64,000 nt of DNA from Octopus sinensis (lineage: Eukaryota). A program made the translations under genes and the position numbers. The notes under the pieces are model-generated. The model searched no databases. It saw nothing but the letters and a program-made list of their open reading frames with translations, and was not told the origin of the DNA. This document shows, in pieces, positions 12,661 to 25,230 of this stretch (position 1 is the first letter of the stretch; each line of letters starts with the position of its first letter). Location of the stretch: contig NC_043007.1 in the NCBI RefSeq assembly GCF_006345805.1, positions 21,390,001 to 21,454,000 on the forward strand, written 5' to 3'.

Positions 12661-12908
12661 ATGTATGTGTGTGTGTGTATATGTTTGTGTGTCAGTGGTT
12701 TGTACCCACAACATCGCTTGACAACCGATGCTGGTTTGTTTACGTCCCCATAACTTAGCAGTTCAGCAAAAGAGACTGATAGACAAAAGAGTACTAGGCT
12801 TACAAAGAATAAGGCCTGGGGTCGTTTTGCTCGACTAAAGGTGGTACTCCAGCATGGCCACAGTAAAATGACTGAAACAAGTAAAAGAGTAAAAGAGAGT
12901 AAAAGAGA
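12470..12908 (+). mobile_element. SINE family A (tRNA-like head, internal (TA)n(TG)n, tail GAAACAAGTAAAAGAGTAAAAGAG)
   Basis: Box-B-like GGTTCCGAGTTCAGTCC, then a microsatellite, then the conserved 3' half; about 20 related copies in the window. Confidence 0.8.
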
Positions 12909-12976
12909 ATGTTGAATTTTTTTTTAAATGGATCCAAGTGTGACATTGCACAAATTAACTTGTTGTCCTGGCAATA

Positions 12977-13045
12977 TTAATGGCTAATTCTTCTGAATTT
13001 CTCCAAAGCAGCATAAAAAGCCTCATGCTGTTTATTTATATAGGC
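12977..13045 (-). CDS. Candidate terminal exon (AYINKQHEAFYAALEKFRRISH*)
   Basis: Acceptor ttttgtgtttttgttgaaatttcaAG; a 70-nt intron separates it from 13116-13196 and the phases are compatible. Confidence 0.22.
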   Translation of the reverse strand, partial: AYINKQHEAFYAALEKFRRISH

Positions 13046-13115
13046 CTTGAAATTTCAACAAAAACACAAAAGTGTTTACTGGATCACAAAGACTGTGGTC
13101 ACAATTTTCATTTAC

Positions 13116-13196
13116 CTGGTGTGATTCGTGTGACAAAAAAAATGGATTTGACATTTTCAAGACAACCACTCTATCGCCCCACCACCGTACATATCT
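13116..13196 (-). CDS. Candidate exon (RYVRWWGDRVVVLKMSNPFFLSHESHQ)
   Basis: 81 nt with acceptor ctaaatgtctcatAG and donor CAG|GTAAAT; a single open frame in unique DNA that retains CpG. Confidence 0.28.
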
Positions 13197-13334
13197 CTAT
13201 GAGACATTTAGAAATTTAATATTTTTGAATATTTTCTATATCTTCCAAATAACGTAGATCTGGAAGAAATTGTCCCGACAACAATATCTGATTGAAAAAA
13301 TAAAACATTCCAACATACCTTTACGAGTATATAC

Positions 13335-13555
13335 TCTTTACTTTTTTACTTGTTTCAGTCATTTGACTGTGGCCATGCTGGAGCACCGCCTTTAGTCAAG
13401 CAAATCGACCCCAGGACTTATGCTTTTGGAAGGCTAGTACTTATTCTATTGGTCTATTTTGCCGAACCGCTAAGTGACGGGGACGTAAAGACACCAGCAT
13501 TGGTTGTCAAGCAATGTTGGGGGACAAGCACAAACACACAAACTTATACACCCAC

Positions 13556-13602
<47 letters not shown>

Positions 13603-13768
13603 TACGATGGGCTTCTTTCAGTTTCCATCTACCAAATCCACTCACAAGGCATTGGTCGGCCTGAGGCTATAGTAAAAGACACTTGCCCAAGGTGCCATGC
13701 AGTGGGACTGAACCCGGAACCATGTGGTTGGTAAACAAGCTACTAACCACAAAGCCACTCCTACACCT
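13335..13768 (-). mobile_element. SINE family A copy
   Basis: Reverse complement of the full family A structure. Confidence 0.8.
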
Positions 13769-14102
13769 ATAACGATTTTTTCTGGACATTCTAAAAATAT
13801 TTGAATACCTGTTTGGGTTTAATGCTTTCGATGAATCTGAGAAATATAACTTGTTCATTCAGATTGTTTTGAATTAATTATGCTTTATCTCATAGCTTTG
13901 AGATTTCAATGATGTGATTGATTATTTTTAGAGTGACTTCATAATGAAGGTGTGAGAGGCCAGACCTGGCCAGTTTGAACACAAAACAAGCAGAAATTAT
14001 GGGCTGGATGAGGTCAGTTTGGGCTGGATATGGCTGGTCTAACACCAAAGGGTTAACATTCATGAGAACAGCCCAATTGTCCACTAATAAAATAATCATT
14101 CA

Positions 14103-14497
14103 CTCTCTTTACTCTTTACTCTTTTACTTGTTTCAGTCATTTGACTGCGGCCATGCTGGAGCGCCGCCTTTAGTCAAGCAAATCGACCTCAGGCCTTATT
14201 CTTTGTAAGCCTTGTACTTATTCTATCAGTCTCTTTTGCCGAACCACTAAGTTACGGGGATGTAAACACACCAGCATCGGTTATCAAGCGATGTTGTGGG
14301 GACAAACACTGACACACAAACATATACATATATACGACGGGCTTCTTTCAGTTTCCGTCTACCAAATCCACTCACAAGGCTTTGGTCAGCCTGAGGCTAT
14401 TGTAGAAGACACTTGCCCAAGGTGCCACGCAGTGGGAATGAACCCGGAACCATGTGGTTGGTAAGCAAGCTACTTACCACACAGCCACTCCTACGCC
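14103..14497 (-). mobile_element. SINE family A copy
   Basis: Reverse complement of the full family A structure. Confidence 0.8.
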
Positions 14498-14825
14498 TTC
14501 ACTCTTCATTAAAAGTATACTTTTAATTACGTAAAATTCATTAACTCAATTCATTAAGTATGTCAGTGCCTACTTTTCCATTTGATGGATTTACCGTCTG
14601 AGACTCATCACTGAATTACATTCTAAGACGTAACACTCAACGTCTGCCTATTTCTCTCTGGCACCAACTTGGTAATTCCTCTCAGCTTTATGAGAAGAAT
14701 CAGTCAATTGATCAATCAATCAATCAATAAAGATTAGTATTAGGTTATGATAACATTTGCTGAGAGATATTGATTTTTCTGTTTTTTTAACAATATATTT
14801 TTCTGTTGACGATCTACTCCAAAAG

Positions 14826-14992
14826 ACGGAGAAAATTATGAAGTGCGAAGAATTATGTCTGGCAAACCCAGAAGTGTCTGCGTTCACAGAAAAAAGTATA
14901 TTTAGAGGAGAAAAGGAAACTTGTCTAATTACATCACCAAAAATTAACGAGAGTCCGTTGGAATCAGTTAAGAGGGATGTTTTTAAGGATTG
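14826..14992 (+). CDS. Candidate exon (TEKIMKCEELCLANPEVSAF...SVKRDVFKD)
   Basis: Starts at the first AG after a T-rich tract, has a 55-codon open frame and several CpGs, and ends at donor TTG|GTAGGG; no recognisable domain. Confidence 0.27.
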
Positions 14993-15059
14993 GTAGGGAC
15001 AAGTTAAACATGTGTTATTATTACTTAATCAAGTACCATTTCTTGGCACTTAAAGACCA

Positions 15060-15792
15060 TGAGTGGTTGGGTGGGTGTATGTGTGTGTGTCTGTGTGTGT
15101 GTGTGCATGTTTTTGTACCTATGTGGGTGTGTGTGTATTTATGTGTGTGTTTGTATATGTGTGTGTGTGTTGTCTCTGGGTGTGTATATGTGCTTTTGTG
15201 TGTGTGTGTGTGTGTGTGCATGTTTTTGTACCTATGTGGGTGTGTGTGTATTTATGTGTGTGCTTGTATATGTGTGTGTGTGTTTTGTCTGTGTGTTTGT
15301 GTGCTTTTGTGTCTGTGTGAGTGTGTGTGTGTGTGTGTGAGTGTGTGTGTGTGAGTGTGTGTGTGTTTGTATGTGTGAGTGTGTGTTTCTGTGTATATGT
15401 GTATGTTCTGTGTGTATGTGAATGTGTATGTTTCTGTGTGTGTGTGTGTGTGTGTGTGTTTGTATGTCTGCGCATGTTTTTTGTGTCTATGTGGATGTGT
15501 GTGTGTTTATGTGTGTGTTTGTATATGTGTGCGTGTATGTGTGCTTTTGTGTCTGTGTGAGTGTGCACATGTGTTTGTGTGTATATGTATGTGTTCAGTG
15601 TGTACGTGCCTGTATATGTTTCTCTGTGTGTGTGTTTGTGTGTGAGTGTGTGTGTACATGCATGCATGTGTGTGTATGTGTGTGTTTGTATATGTGTGCA
15701 TGTTTTTGTGTATGTAAGTGTGCGGTTGTGTGTGGGTGTGTTCGTATCTGTGTATGTGTGTGCGCATGCGCGCGCGTGTGTGTGTGTGTGCT
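15060..15792. repeat. Degenerate (TG)n field with internal higher-order duplications
   Basis: The block TGCATGTTTTTGTACCTATGTGGGTGTGTGTGTATTTATG is repeated within the field. Confidence 0.9.
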
Positions 15793-16164
15793 TGAAAAAC
15801 CAAGTGTTTCCTTGGAGAGGGAAGAAGACAATAATAATTTGTGTAAATAAAAGTAGACTCTTAAACGAAGAGAATGGAAAGTACTGTATTTTATCCCAAA
15901 AACAAAAAGAACAAAGAAAAAATGAAAAAAAAACAAAAAAAAAGAGCCAAAAAAGGCCTGTAAGAAACAATAGATACGTTGATTGATGACTGAACTCAAA
16001 TTGGAACAGCAATTTAAACAGGATATGAAACTGAAAATTCACAAAGTATTGTAAAATCTGGAATTCTAGAAAATTGGTGAAAATGGTGAGGATGTGAGTA
16101 AGCAATAAGAAGGAATTCTGAGGCAATATCAAATACAGTTGCACCTCGGTTTTCGAACAACACA

Positions 16165-16343
16165 TTGGCCATGCTGGAGCACCACTTTTAGTCGAGCAAA
16201 TCTCCCCCAGGATTTATTCTTTGTAAGCCTAGTGCTTATTCTATCGGTCTCTTTTGCCGGACCACTAAGTTACGGGGACGTAAACACACCGGCATCAGTT
16301 GTCAAGCGATGTTGAGGGGACAAACAGACACACACACACACAC

Positions 16344-16392
<49 letters not shown>

Positions 16393-16522
16393 CACACACA
16401 CACATATATATACAATGGGCTTCTTTCAGTTTCTGTCTACCAAATCCACTCACAAGGCTTTGGTCGGCCCGAGGCTATAGTAGGAGACACTTGCCCAAGT
16501 GGTTCGTAAGCAAGCTACTTAC
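16165..16522 (-). mobile_element. SINE family A copy (internally deleted head)
   Basis: Reverse complement of family A. Confidence 0.75.
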
Positions 16523-16684
16523 TTAAGTTCTTAAGGGCTTCTTTGGGTCTTAATCTGGCCCTGGTTCTGCAACTGTGTAGATAATTTACCAAAAGCTTGA
16601 TACATTGCTGTGTCATACTCATTTACAGGTGATGGCTATGGTTTTTAAGGTTGGATAGAACTTGTGGCTGTGTGGTAAGAAGGT

Positions 16685-16908
16685 GAGCTGGCAGAATCGT
16701 TAGCATGCCAGGTGAAATGCTTAGCGGTATTTCATCTGCCACTACGTTCTGAGTTCAAATTCTGCCGAGGTCCACTTTGCCTGTCATCCTTTTGGGGTCG
16801 ATAAATTAAGTACCAGTTACGCACTGGGGTCGATGTCATCAACTTAATCCCTTTGTCTGTCCTTGTTTGTCCTCTCTGTGTTTGGCTCCTTGTGGGCAAT
16901 AAAGAAAT
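16685..16908 (+). mobile_element. SINE family C (tRNA head + GACTTTGCCTTTCATCCTTTCGGGGTCGATAAATTAAGTACC core)
   Basis: Box A/B-like head (GAGTTCAAATTC) and a conserved core shared by about 9 copies; resembles the core domain of widespread metazoan tRNA-SINEs. Confidence 0.8.
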
Positions 16909-17414
16909 AAGAAGCTTGCTTCCCAACTACATGGCTCCGGGTTCAGTCACACTGTGTGGTACCTTCTACTATAGCCTCAGGCTGACCAAAACCTTGTGAG
17001 TGGATTTCATAGAACAGACAAACCATCCAACGCATACCAGCATAGAAAACGGATGTTAAAGGCTGATGATGACAATCATCATCATAATGATGATGATGAT
17101 AACAATGATGACGATGACGACAATGATGATGATGATGATAATGTAAAGCACCAAGGTGTGTCCTCTTGAAGCACATCTGCTTATTCCAGTATTCTATTCC
17201 GGTATGTAGTGGTAATGTTTATGTGAAGTAAATACAAGAGCTGAACATTCGGTAAATATTGCCTGCAGAGTTACTATATAACAAAACAGGATGTCGGAAA
17301 GAATCTGATGGTATTATCTTTTCACCATTACACATGTTTCATTTGCTAATAAGAGTTACAAAACTATACATGTCAGATATTATATATATATGTATATATA
17401 TATAGTGTGTATGT

Positions 17415-17463
<49 letters not shown>

Positions 17464-17465
17464 TA

Positions 17466-17546
<81 letters not shown>

Positions 17547-17547
17547 A

Positions 17548-18658
17548 TTGGGTTGTCCGGAAAGTTTGTGCCGATTTTTAAAGGAAAGGAAAAGGTTAAT
17601 AAATACTTGCCATTACATTTTTAATCAACCAAACATGAACCATTTTGTTGCACAATGCATCTCCATTTTTCCTTTAACTTGAAAATACCCTCTTCCCAGA
17701 ATTGAGGTGGTTTCATGGCAAAGAATTCATCAAGGTATCTTTTTATGTCATCCAAGGAATTGGAATTTTTACCATTAAGACTATTCTGCGGAGACCTGAA
17801 TAAGTGGAAATCCGAAGGAGCAATATCTGGTGAATATGGAGGGTGGGGTAACACATCCCAGCCGAGCTGCAGCAATTTTTGTCTGGTTCCGAAAGAAATG
17901 TGCAGTCTTGCATTATCATGTTGGAAAACAACACCCTTCCTATTGGCCAATTCTGGATATTTCTCTTGAATTGCTGCTTTTAACTTGTCCAGTTGTGTGC
18001 AGTATTTCTCAGAATTAATTGTCTGGTTACTTGGAAGAAGCTCATAGTACAGAATTCCTTTCCAATCCCACCAGACACAAAGCAAGACTATTTTAGGGTC
18101 AAGACCCGCTTTTGGGGTGGCTAAGGGTGGCTCATGTCGCTTACTCCAGGATATCTTTCTCTGAACATTTCAGTAGATAATCCATTTCTCATCACCTGTC
18201 ACAATTTGCTTTAAAAAAGGTGCGTTTTCATTCCGTTTATAAAGCAAATCACAAATGGTAATGCAATCCAAAAGATTCTTCTCACTCGACTCATGTGGTA
18301 CCCAAACATCATAGCGATTTGTGTACCCAAGCTTTACCTGATGCTCATGAATGACGGATTTTGATAGGTTGAGGCTTTCTGCCAATTGTCGGGTTGTGCA
18401 ATGTTGATTATTCTCAATTAATGACTTGATTTTGTCATCATCTGTAGTGGATGGTCTGTCTGATCGCACTTTATCAATAAGGCTACAATCTCCAGCTCGG
18501 AATCTTGCGAACCACTTCCTTAAAGTTCTTTCGGATAAAGAAACTTCACCATAAACTGCGCACATATTTCTTTGGTTGCTTGTGAGGCATTTTTCCCTTT
18601 ACGGAAAAAGAAAAGCATCAAGTGCCAAAAATGAACTTTCTTATCTTCTATTTTAAAG
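17548..18658 (-). mobile_element. Mariner (DD34D, mellifera-like) transposon, near-complete decayed transposase, 5' end missing
   Basis: TA plus TIR TTGGGTTGTCCGGAAAG at 17546-17565; motifs VTGDEKW, HDNARLH and YSPDIAPSDFHLF. The start codon is ATA, with one frameshift near 18565 and one stop at 18170-18172. Confidence 0.92.
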
Positions 18659-18659
18659 G

Positions 18660-18878
18660 GTGATGATGATGATGATGATGGTGGTGTTGGTAGTGTTGGT
18701 GGCGATGATGATGTGGATGATGACAGTGATGATGATAATGATGATGATGATGATGATGATGATGACAATGGTGATGTTAACGATGGTGATGATGATGATG
18801 ACGATGCTGGCAATGACAACAACGACGACGACAATGATGACGACAGCAATGATGATGGTGATGATGATGATGATGATT
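18660..18878. repeat. (GAT)n-type microsatellite at the truncated mariner 5' end
   Basis: Direct reading. Confidence 0.9.
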
Positions 18879-19609
18879 TCTCCCCTTGAGATCTCTTTTC
18901 AGTCGTATCCACTTTTCAGTCATTTGACTGGACTGAAAAAGTACAAGAATTAAATTAAAATCTTCTATATAACAAACCCCTGTACCACAATGATTCATAG
19001 TAAGTCTCAGAATCCGGTGCTCAAAAGCGAAGAAAATTCCCTCCCATTTCGTTAAGTAACTAATTAAACATAAGGAAGACAGTCATCTCTAAGCAATTTG
19101 TGCCAAGGAACAGTTTTTCTTAAATCCAACACCAGACAAATTTTCTTCAAACAGTTACATTTCCTGTTGATAGATATCTATTAACTCATTTGATGGGTAT
19201 CTATTAAGTGTGTGTGAGTGTGTGTGTGTGTTGTGTGCACAGTATGAAGTCTCTATGCTCTAGTATTTATAGTAGTAGTGTCTATACTCAGTTTGTGCTG
19301 TTTCTGCCACACCACTCTCAGTTACTACCACCAGCCACCAGTCACCAGCCGCTGGCTAACCCTCTTTGTAGGGTGAAAAGAGCAGCTGAGTGTGTAAGTT
19401 TACTTCTGCTGGTGCATTGCCTTTCTACTGTCAAGATTCTGCAGTGCTTTCTTATGGACACGCAGAGCTAATGAATACCTTGTTGTCCCAGAGTAATCTG
19501 CAGGGGGATCCTGGCACAGCAATGGGCCCAGAAGTGTAGGGGTGCTGAGCTACTCAGCTGTTGTGCCAGCTAGGAGCTTGTGGTGTAGCTAGAGTATATA
19601 CTGCCTGGT

Positions 19610-19972
19610 AAACATTCGAGCATGATCGTTACCAGCATCACCTTACTGGCAATTGTGCCAGTGGAACGTGAAAAAACATTCAAGCAAGGTCATTGCCAGT
19701 GCCTCTGGACTGGCCCCTGTGCAGGTGGCACGTAAAAAACACCATTTGAGCGTGGCCGTTGCCAGCACCGCCTGACTGGCCCTCATGCTGGGGGCACGTA
19801 AAAACATCCACTACATTCTCGGAGTGGTTGGCATTAGGAAGGGCATCCAGCTGTAGAAACTCTGCCAGATCAGATTGGAGTCTGGTGCAGCCATCTGGTT
19901 CACCAGACCTCAGTCAAATCGTCCAACCCATGCTAGCATGGAAAGCGGACGTTAAACGATGATGATGATGAC
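19610..19972 (+). mobile_element. SINE family B copy
   Basis: Subrepeats plus the family B 3' block and a (GAT)n tail. Confidence 0.8.
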
Positions 19973-20597
19973 AACTCTCGAGTTTGCTCAACACCACCAC
20001 CCTCCAATGGGCTCCCAAACTAATATGGGCTTATACAGCAGGCCTAAAAGTGCTACTCCAATAAAGGCATTGCCCAAGATGACAAGCTGGCAGAAATGTT
20101 AGCACGTCAGGCAAAATGCTTAGTGGTATCTACTCTATGTCACTAGCATGGATGGTGGTTAATGGTAGTGTAGTACTTGCCTTGGTAACTCTTAACTGCC
20201 AAGAGGATTCATAAGTCTTGTCATCTTAAATACCAGTATATTGACAGATTAATAGACATACCTGAAGCTGACCTGGAACAGAGAAATCATGTCATTGAAG
20301 AGGTAGTTAATGGTGATGATAGGTTTTGACAGACATTACTGATTGATTCATTAACTGAATGATAAATCAAATAATTCATTAGTTATTTGATTAATAACTA
20401 ATAAAGAATGAAGGTCCATGGCCCAGTGGTCTGGGTGTTGTACTCATTTTATCTCTCTATCAAAAGCTGTTAATATCAAAGCAACTGGGAAAGATTTTAA
20501 CCTAAAAAGCTGAGAATCAAAATGTAGTTTTGTATATATATATTTCGTTTGGGGATTTGGTTTGCAAGATTCTTTATATGAGTTTGTGTGTTGAAGC

Positions 20598-21194
20598 ATA
20601 TTCTGTTGTGTGTGGGGAGAGTCATTTTCTTTTTTGTGCCTTATAATTTAATACACTCACCGGTAAAATTTCCACTTATTTCTTCTTTTATTTTTATGTT
20701 TCTAAAATTTTTGTTGCGTCTTGCAACCTTTTCAGTAGTTTTGACTCTGTCCCTTATTTACACTGCGTTCCCTTTTGTTTGTTTGTGCACATGTGTGTGG
20801 GTCAGTGTGTGTGTGTGCCTATACATGCATGCATGTACGTATGTATGTATGTGTGTGTTTGCATGTGTATGTATGTATATATGTGTGTGTATGCATATGT
20901 GTATATGTATGCACGTATCCTGCATATTTATGTGCTTGCATGTCTGTGTTTGTATATTTTCTATGCATGCATAGGCACACACACACACACACACTGACCC
21001 ACACACATGTGCACAAACAAACAAAAGGGGACACAGTTTAAATAACGGACAGAGTCAAGACTATTGAAAAGGTTGCAAGATGCAACGAAAATTTTAGGAA
21101 AATACAAATAAGAAATAAGTGGAAATTTTACCGGTGAGTGTGTCATATTATAAGGCACAAAAAGAAAATGACTCTCCCCAGACACAACAGTATA
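20598..21194. mobile_element. Foldback/MITE-like element with ~225-bp inverted arms and a microsatellite spacer
   Basis: 20601-20822 is the reverse complement of ~20966-21192; TA-flanked. A solo arm of the same family lies at ~28600-28820. Confidence 0.8.
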
Positions 21195-21561
21195 TATTTT
21201 TAATTTCTTTTAAAAATATTTTTTGATATTATTTTATTTTGTTTTGTTTTGCTGTTGTTTTTTTCCCCCCAATATTCTTCAATTATGCTTCCTTGTTTGG
21301 GTTTAAAGTTTCCCTACTAGTGTTACTGAAGGAAACTAACAGAATTTTGAGATTCTATTTAGAGCAAGTCTACTTGGAAAAGCCTCTGCTCTTCTAGTAA
21401 CACTTATAAGGAAACTTTAAACTTGAACAAGCCATTGTTTTAAGAGTAAGTCCACTTGGAAATAGTTATGCCTCTTCAAATAACACTTGTAGGTAAATCT
21501 ATCATCCTGCAACCCCCCAAAAACTTAGAAAATATTTATTCAAATTATTCTGTCAAATGTA

Positions 21562-21925
21562 ATAATAAATCTCTGGACGAGGTATAAACAGTAACTGCAC
21601 GACAATGTGAAGTATATTTGCCATCTAAATGTGGCTAACCACTAAGGGTGGATGTTACTGTAGCTTGTAGCCCCAGGAGAACATCTCCAGCTGGCTATTG
21701 ACACACTTTCTGTGCCCTATCAGTATTTGCAAGGGGAAACCATCCTTCCCATCGTCGACCTGATGTGATACACATGGACCCAGGTTTCTGAGTATTTACC
21801 CGTCATCAGCGCACGACAATCACTGGTCTTCGATGCGAAGGGGTCCCAATGCAAATATGTATATCCTTTTCCCAGTGACTTTTCATCACTGATCTTGAAA
21901 AAGTATAAACAAGCAATAATAAATC
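21562..21925 (-). mobile_element. 354-nt-period HHR-bearing element (retrozyme or Penelope pseudo-LTR-like) with a 13-bp TSD
   Basis: TCTGTCAAATGTA at 21549-21561 and 21926-21938; AATAATAAATCTCTG at 21561 and 21915. Confidence 0.7.
21771..21814 (-). ncRNA. Minimal type I hammerhead ribozyme-like motif
   Basis: Minus strand reads GTGCG-CTGATGA-CGGGTAAATACTCA-GAAA-CCTGGGTC-CATGTG: exact core, GGGU/ACUC stem II, self-complementary stem III and a GUC triplet; stem I is weak. Confidence 0.65.
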
Positions 21926-22037
21926 TCTGTCAAATGTATTGCTTATTTATTCAGATTCGTTTGAATTCATCATGCATTATCTCAAAGCTTTGAGATTTCT
22001 GTGGTGTATGCGGGAGATTTGAAATCAGGACACCTAC

Positions 22038-22130
22038 CTTCTCTTCGTCGACGCAGACCTCTCTAGTGGTAATGCACCCTTCCACGTAACCCGACCCGAA
22101 CGCTAGAAATAGCAGCTGCTTTTCCCCTAC
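22038..22130 (-). CDS. Candidate exon (VGEKQLLFLAFGSGYVEGCITTREVCVDEEK)
   Basis: 93 nt, phase 0-0, the only open frame, CpG-rich, with a long upstream T-rich tract and donor AAG|GTAGGT. Confidence 0.33.
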
Positions 22131-22510
22131 CTTGACAAAGCACTCACACAGGCAGTGTATTTTAACAAAAGGGTTGAAAAAATTAAAATAAATAGAAAAA
22201 GAAAAACCAATGCTAAAACGAAACAAATTTATCTGACAACATAATACAATAATATTAGATAATATTCACAGTTCAGAAAATTAAAATGATTGTCACAGTA
22301 ACTCATATTTTAAACATATAGGATCAGGGTCCGTCTCAAACCATGGTCCAACATAAGATTACGGATCTGATCTTATTCTGAAATGAGGTGACTGTGTGTG
22401 ACTGAATGAGTGCTGACAATTTTGCATGGATGAATGGAGATTCAAGCTGTTTTGGTGACAGGGTATTTGGCACTGGAGGCAAACACACACATGTACATGT
22501 GTGCAGAAAT

Positions 22511-22583
<73 letters not shown>

Positions 22584-22989
22584 CGGATAGATAGGTAGAT
22601 AGATAGAGAGATAGGGAGAGATAGAGATAGAGAGAGAGAGAGAGATAGACAGACAGATAGATAGATAGATAGATGCTGTTTTACTTGTTTCAGTCATTTA
22701 ACTGTGACCATGCTGGAGCACCGCTTTTAGTTGAGCAAATCTCAGTTTCCATCTACTAAATCCATTCACAAGTCTTTGGTTGGCATCGAAGGTACCACAC
22801 AGTGGAATTAAGCCTGCAACTTTTTTAGCCGAGAAGCAAACTTCCAGCCACATGTTCTTCTGTGCAAAATGCTACATGGCAGGAGGGAACACTGCAGAAG
22901 ATGGTTGCAGCTCAAGTGCTAATCAACTGCAAAATGTTTGGAAATCAATGCACTCAGGTTGAATAAAAGACATAATAGTTTCTCTCCTA

Positions 22990-23152
22990 TATAGGCGTAG
23001 GAGTGGCTGAGTGGTAAGCAGCTTGCTTATGAACCACATGGTTCCGGGTTCAGTCCCACTGCATGGTGCCTGGGGCAAGTGTCTTCTACAATAGCCTTGC
23101 GCTGACCAAAGCCTTGTGAGTGGATTTGGTAGATGGAAACTGAAAGAAGCCC
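22990..23152 (+). mobile_element. SINE family A 5' half
   Basis: GGCGTAGGAGTGGCTGAGTGGTAAG...GGTTCCGGGTTCAGTCCCACTG tRNA-like head. Confidence 0.75.
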
Positions 23153-23154
23153 AT

Positions 23155-23310
23155 CGTTTTCATCATTCGCAACGCAATCAATGATGAAAACCTTTTGAAA
23201 ACTTTGCATAGGTCTCTGAGCAGGTATCACCAAGCTTTTGGCAAAATTTGATGCAGATTTTCTGCTCAACTTTCTCTGTCATGGTCAATGTGACGACAAC
23301 ACGCCACACA
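23155..23310 (-). pseudogene. Second mariner family, N-terminal fragment
   Basis: Minus strand reads MTEKVEQKICIKFCQKLGDTCSETYAKFSK, resembling the mariner HTH N-terminus (EQRxCIKFCxKLG). Confidence 0.6.
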
Positions 23311-23317
23311 CATTCCT

Positions 23318-23628
23318 TGTGGAGGTACATAGCCTAGTGGTTAGAGAAGCAGACTCGCAGTCGAGGGATCGCAGGTTCGAATCTCAGACTGGGCGATGTG
23401 TGTGTGTTTATGAGCGAAACACATAAGCTCCACATGGCTCCAGCAGAAGGTAATGGCGAGATTCTGCTGACTCTTTCGCTACAACTTTCTCTTATTCTTT
23501 CCTTCTGCATCTTGCAGCTCACCTGCGACGGACTGGCGTCCCGTCCAGGTGGGGAACCTATACGCCAAGGAAACCGGGAAACCAGTCCTTATGAGTCGGG
23601 CATGGCTCGAGAAGGAACAAAAAAAATA
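23318..23628 (+). mobile_element. tRNA-derived SINE family D (V-type core GCGACGGACTGGCGTCCCGTCCAGG)
   Basis: Box A TAGCCTAGTGG, box B GGTTCGAATC, a core block and an A-rich tail. Confidence 0.75.
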
Positions 23629-24249
23629 CACACACCTTCCTAGAGCTAGAATGTCAAAACTTCATGTGCGTGCACAGCAGAGTTCAAGGTCCACCTGTGC
23701 AAAGCGGCTTCACTCTACATGCTTTAGTTTCATAACTACGGCAACAATCCGGATACTTATTGATCAGACCGTGTATTAGTTAACACTATAATACCAACTC
23801 TAATAAAAAGCATTATGGATTTGTTTACTTCGAAGTGGGGCTACCCATAAAATGAAATGTTCCGAGCAGGCTACACCAACAAATGTCATTGCAAACTAGG
23901 CAGGCTCTCTGATTCCATACCCTCTCTCTTTCTCCCATTTCTTTTCATTCTTGGGTTTCAGTCCGGCTGTTTCTGTGCCTCTGTATCACTCTCTCTTTCT
24001 TCCCCCTCTCTCTCTCTCTGTCTTTTTGTCTCCCTCCTTCTCTCTCTCTCTTCTTCTTCTCTCTCTCTTTCTCTCAACCAGTAACCCTAATTCTAACCCG
24101 ATTTTCATTCTGTAAAAGCAAGAGCATACCTCTATCACAGGATGGTTTCACTGGCAAGGCTGGTTACATGCGATCTGTCTGTTTAGATTGGGTTACTTCC
24201 ACTCCCACGGCTAGCCAGAGGAAGTGGGGAAAGGGGAAGAGGAACCGAC

Positions 24250-24971
24250 AGAATGAGGGGTGGTGATGGGAGGGTGGGGACATGCCGCGGGGTGGGGGAC
24301 ATGACGACCACGACCACCACTATGACGACAAAGAAGATGAAGATGGTGATGAGGGTGATGATGATGATAATGATGATGAAGACAAGAAGAAGAAGAAGAA
24401 GAAGAAGAAGAAGAAGAGAAGAAAAAGAAGGACAAGGAGAGGAAGAAGGAGGAGGGGGGTACGGAGGAGGTGGAGGAGGAGGAGGAGGAGGAGGAGATGG
24501 AGGAGGAGGAGAAAAAGGAGAAGAAGAAGAAGAAAAAGAAGAAGAAGAAGAAGAAGAAGGACAAGGAGAAGAAGGATGAGGAGAGGGAGGGGAGGGGGGA
24601 GAAGAAGAAGAAAAAGAAGGACAAGGAGGAGGAGGGGGAGACGGAGGAGGAGGAGGAGGAGAAGGAGGAGGAGGAGAAGAAGAAGAAGAAGAAGAAGAAG
24701 AAGAAGAGAAGAAGAAGAAGAAGAAGATTGAAGAATTGGAGAGAAGAAAATACAGTTATCAAAAGATAATGAAAACAAAATAGATAGTTCCTGCAGAAGC
24801 TAGATGTCCCTGTTAAGGGCCATCTACAGTTTATTATGCTTAACACTAAAAGAAGCTAACGACACACTAATAGAGTGAGAAGACTTATTAGGTGTCATTA
24901 GCCTATTAAATGTCATTTATATGGGACAGTTTAGCAAAGGAATAATAAGAATAACATTAATAATAATAATG

Positions 24972-25002
<31 letters not shown>

Positions 25003-25091
25003 TAATAATATTAATAATAATAATGATGATGATGATGATGATAATAATAATAATAAGAAAAACAAGAACAACAACAACAACAACAACAAGA

Positions 25092-25138
<47 letters not shown>

Positions 25139-25186
25139 GACGATGATGATGATAATAATAATAATAATGATGATGATGATGATAAA

Positions 25187-25230
<44 letters not shown>

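Noticed and set aside
14826-14900. Alternative frame DGENYEVRRIMSGKPRSVCVHRKK, resembling an LDLR YWTD-propeller segment
   Set aside because: Stop codon three codons later, weak donor, and no YWTD motif or neighbouring repeats.
24083-24098. TAACCC telomere-like hexamers
   Set aside because: Only two imperfect units.
24130-24210. Minus-strand 81-nt segment with a strong acceptor and GAG|GTATGC donor
   Set aside because: Stops in all three frames; at most a non-coding exon and unsupported without RNA data.
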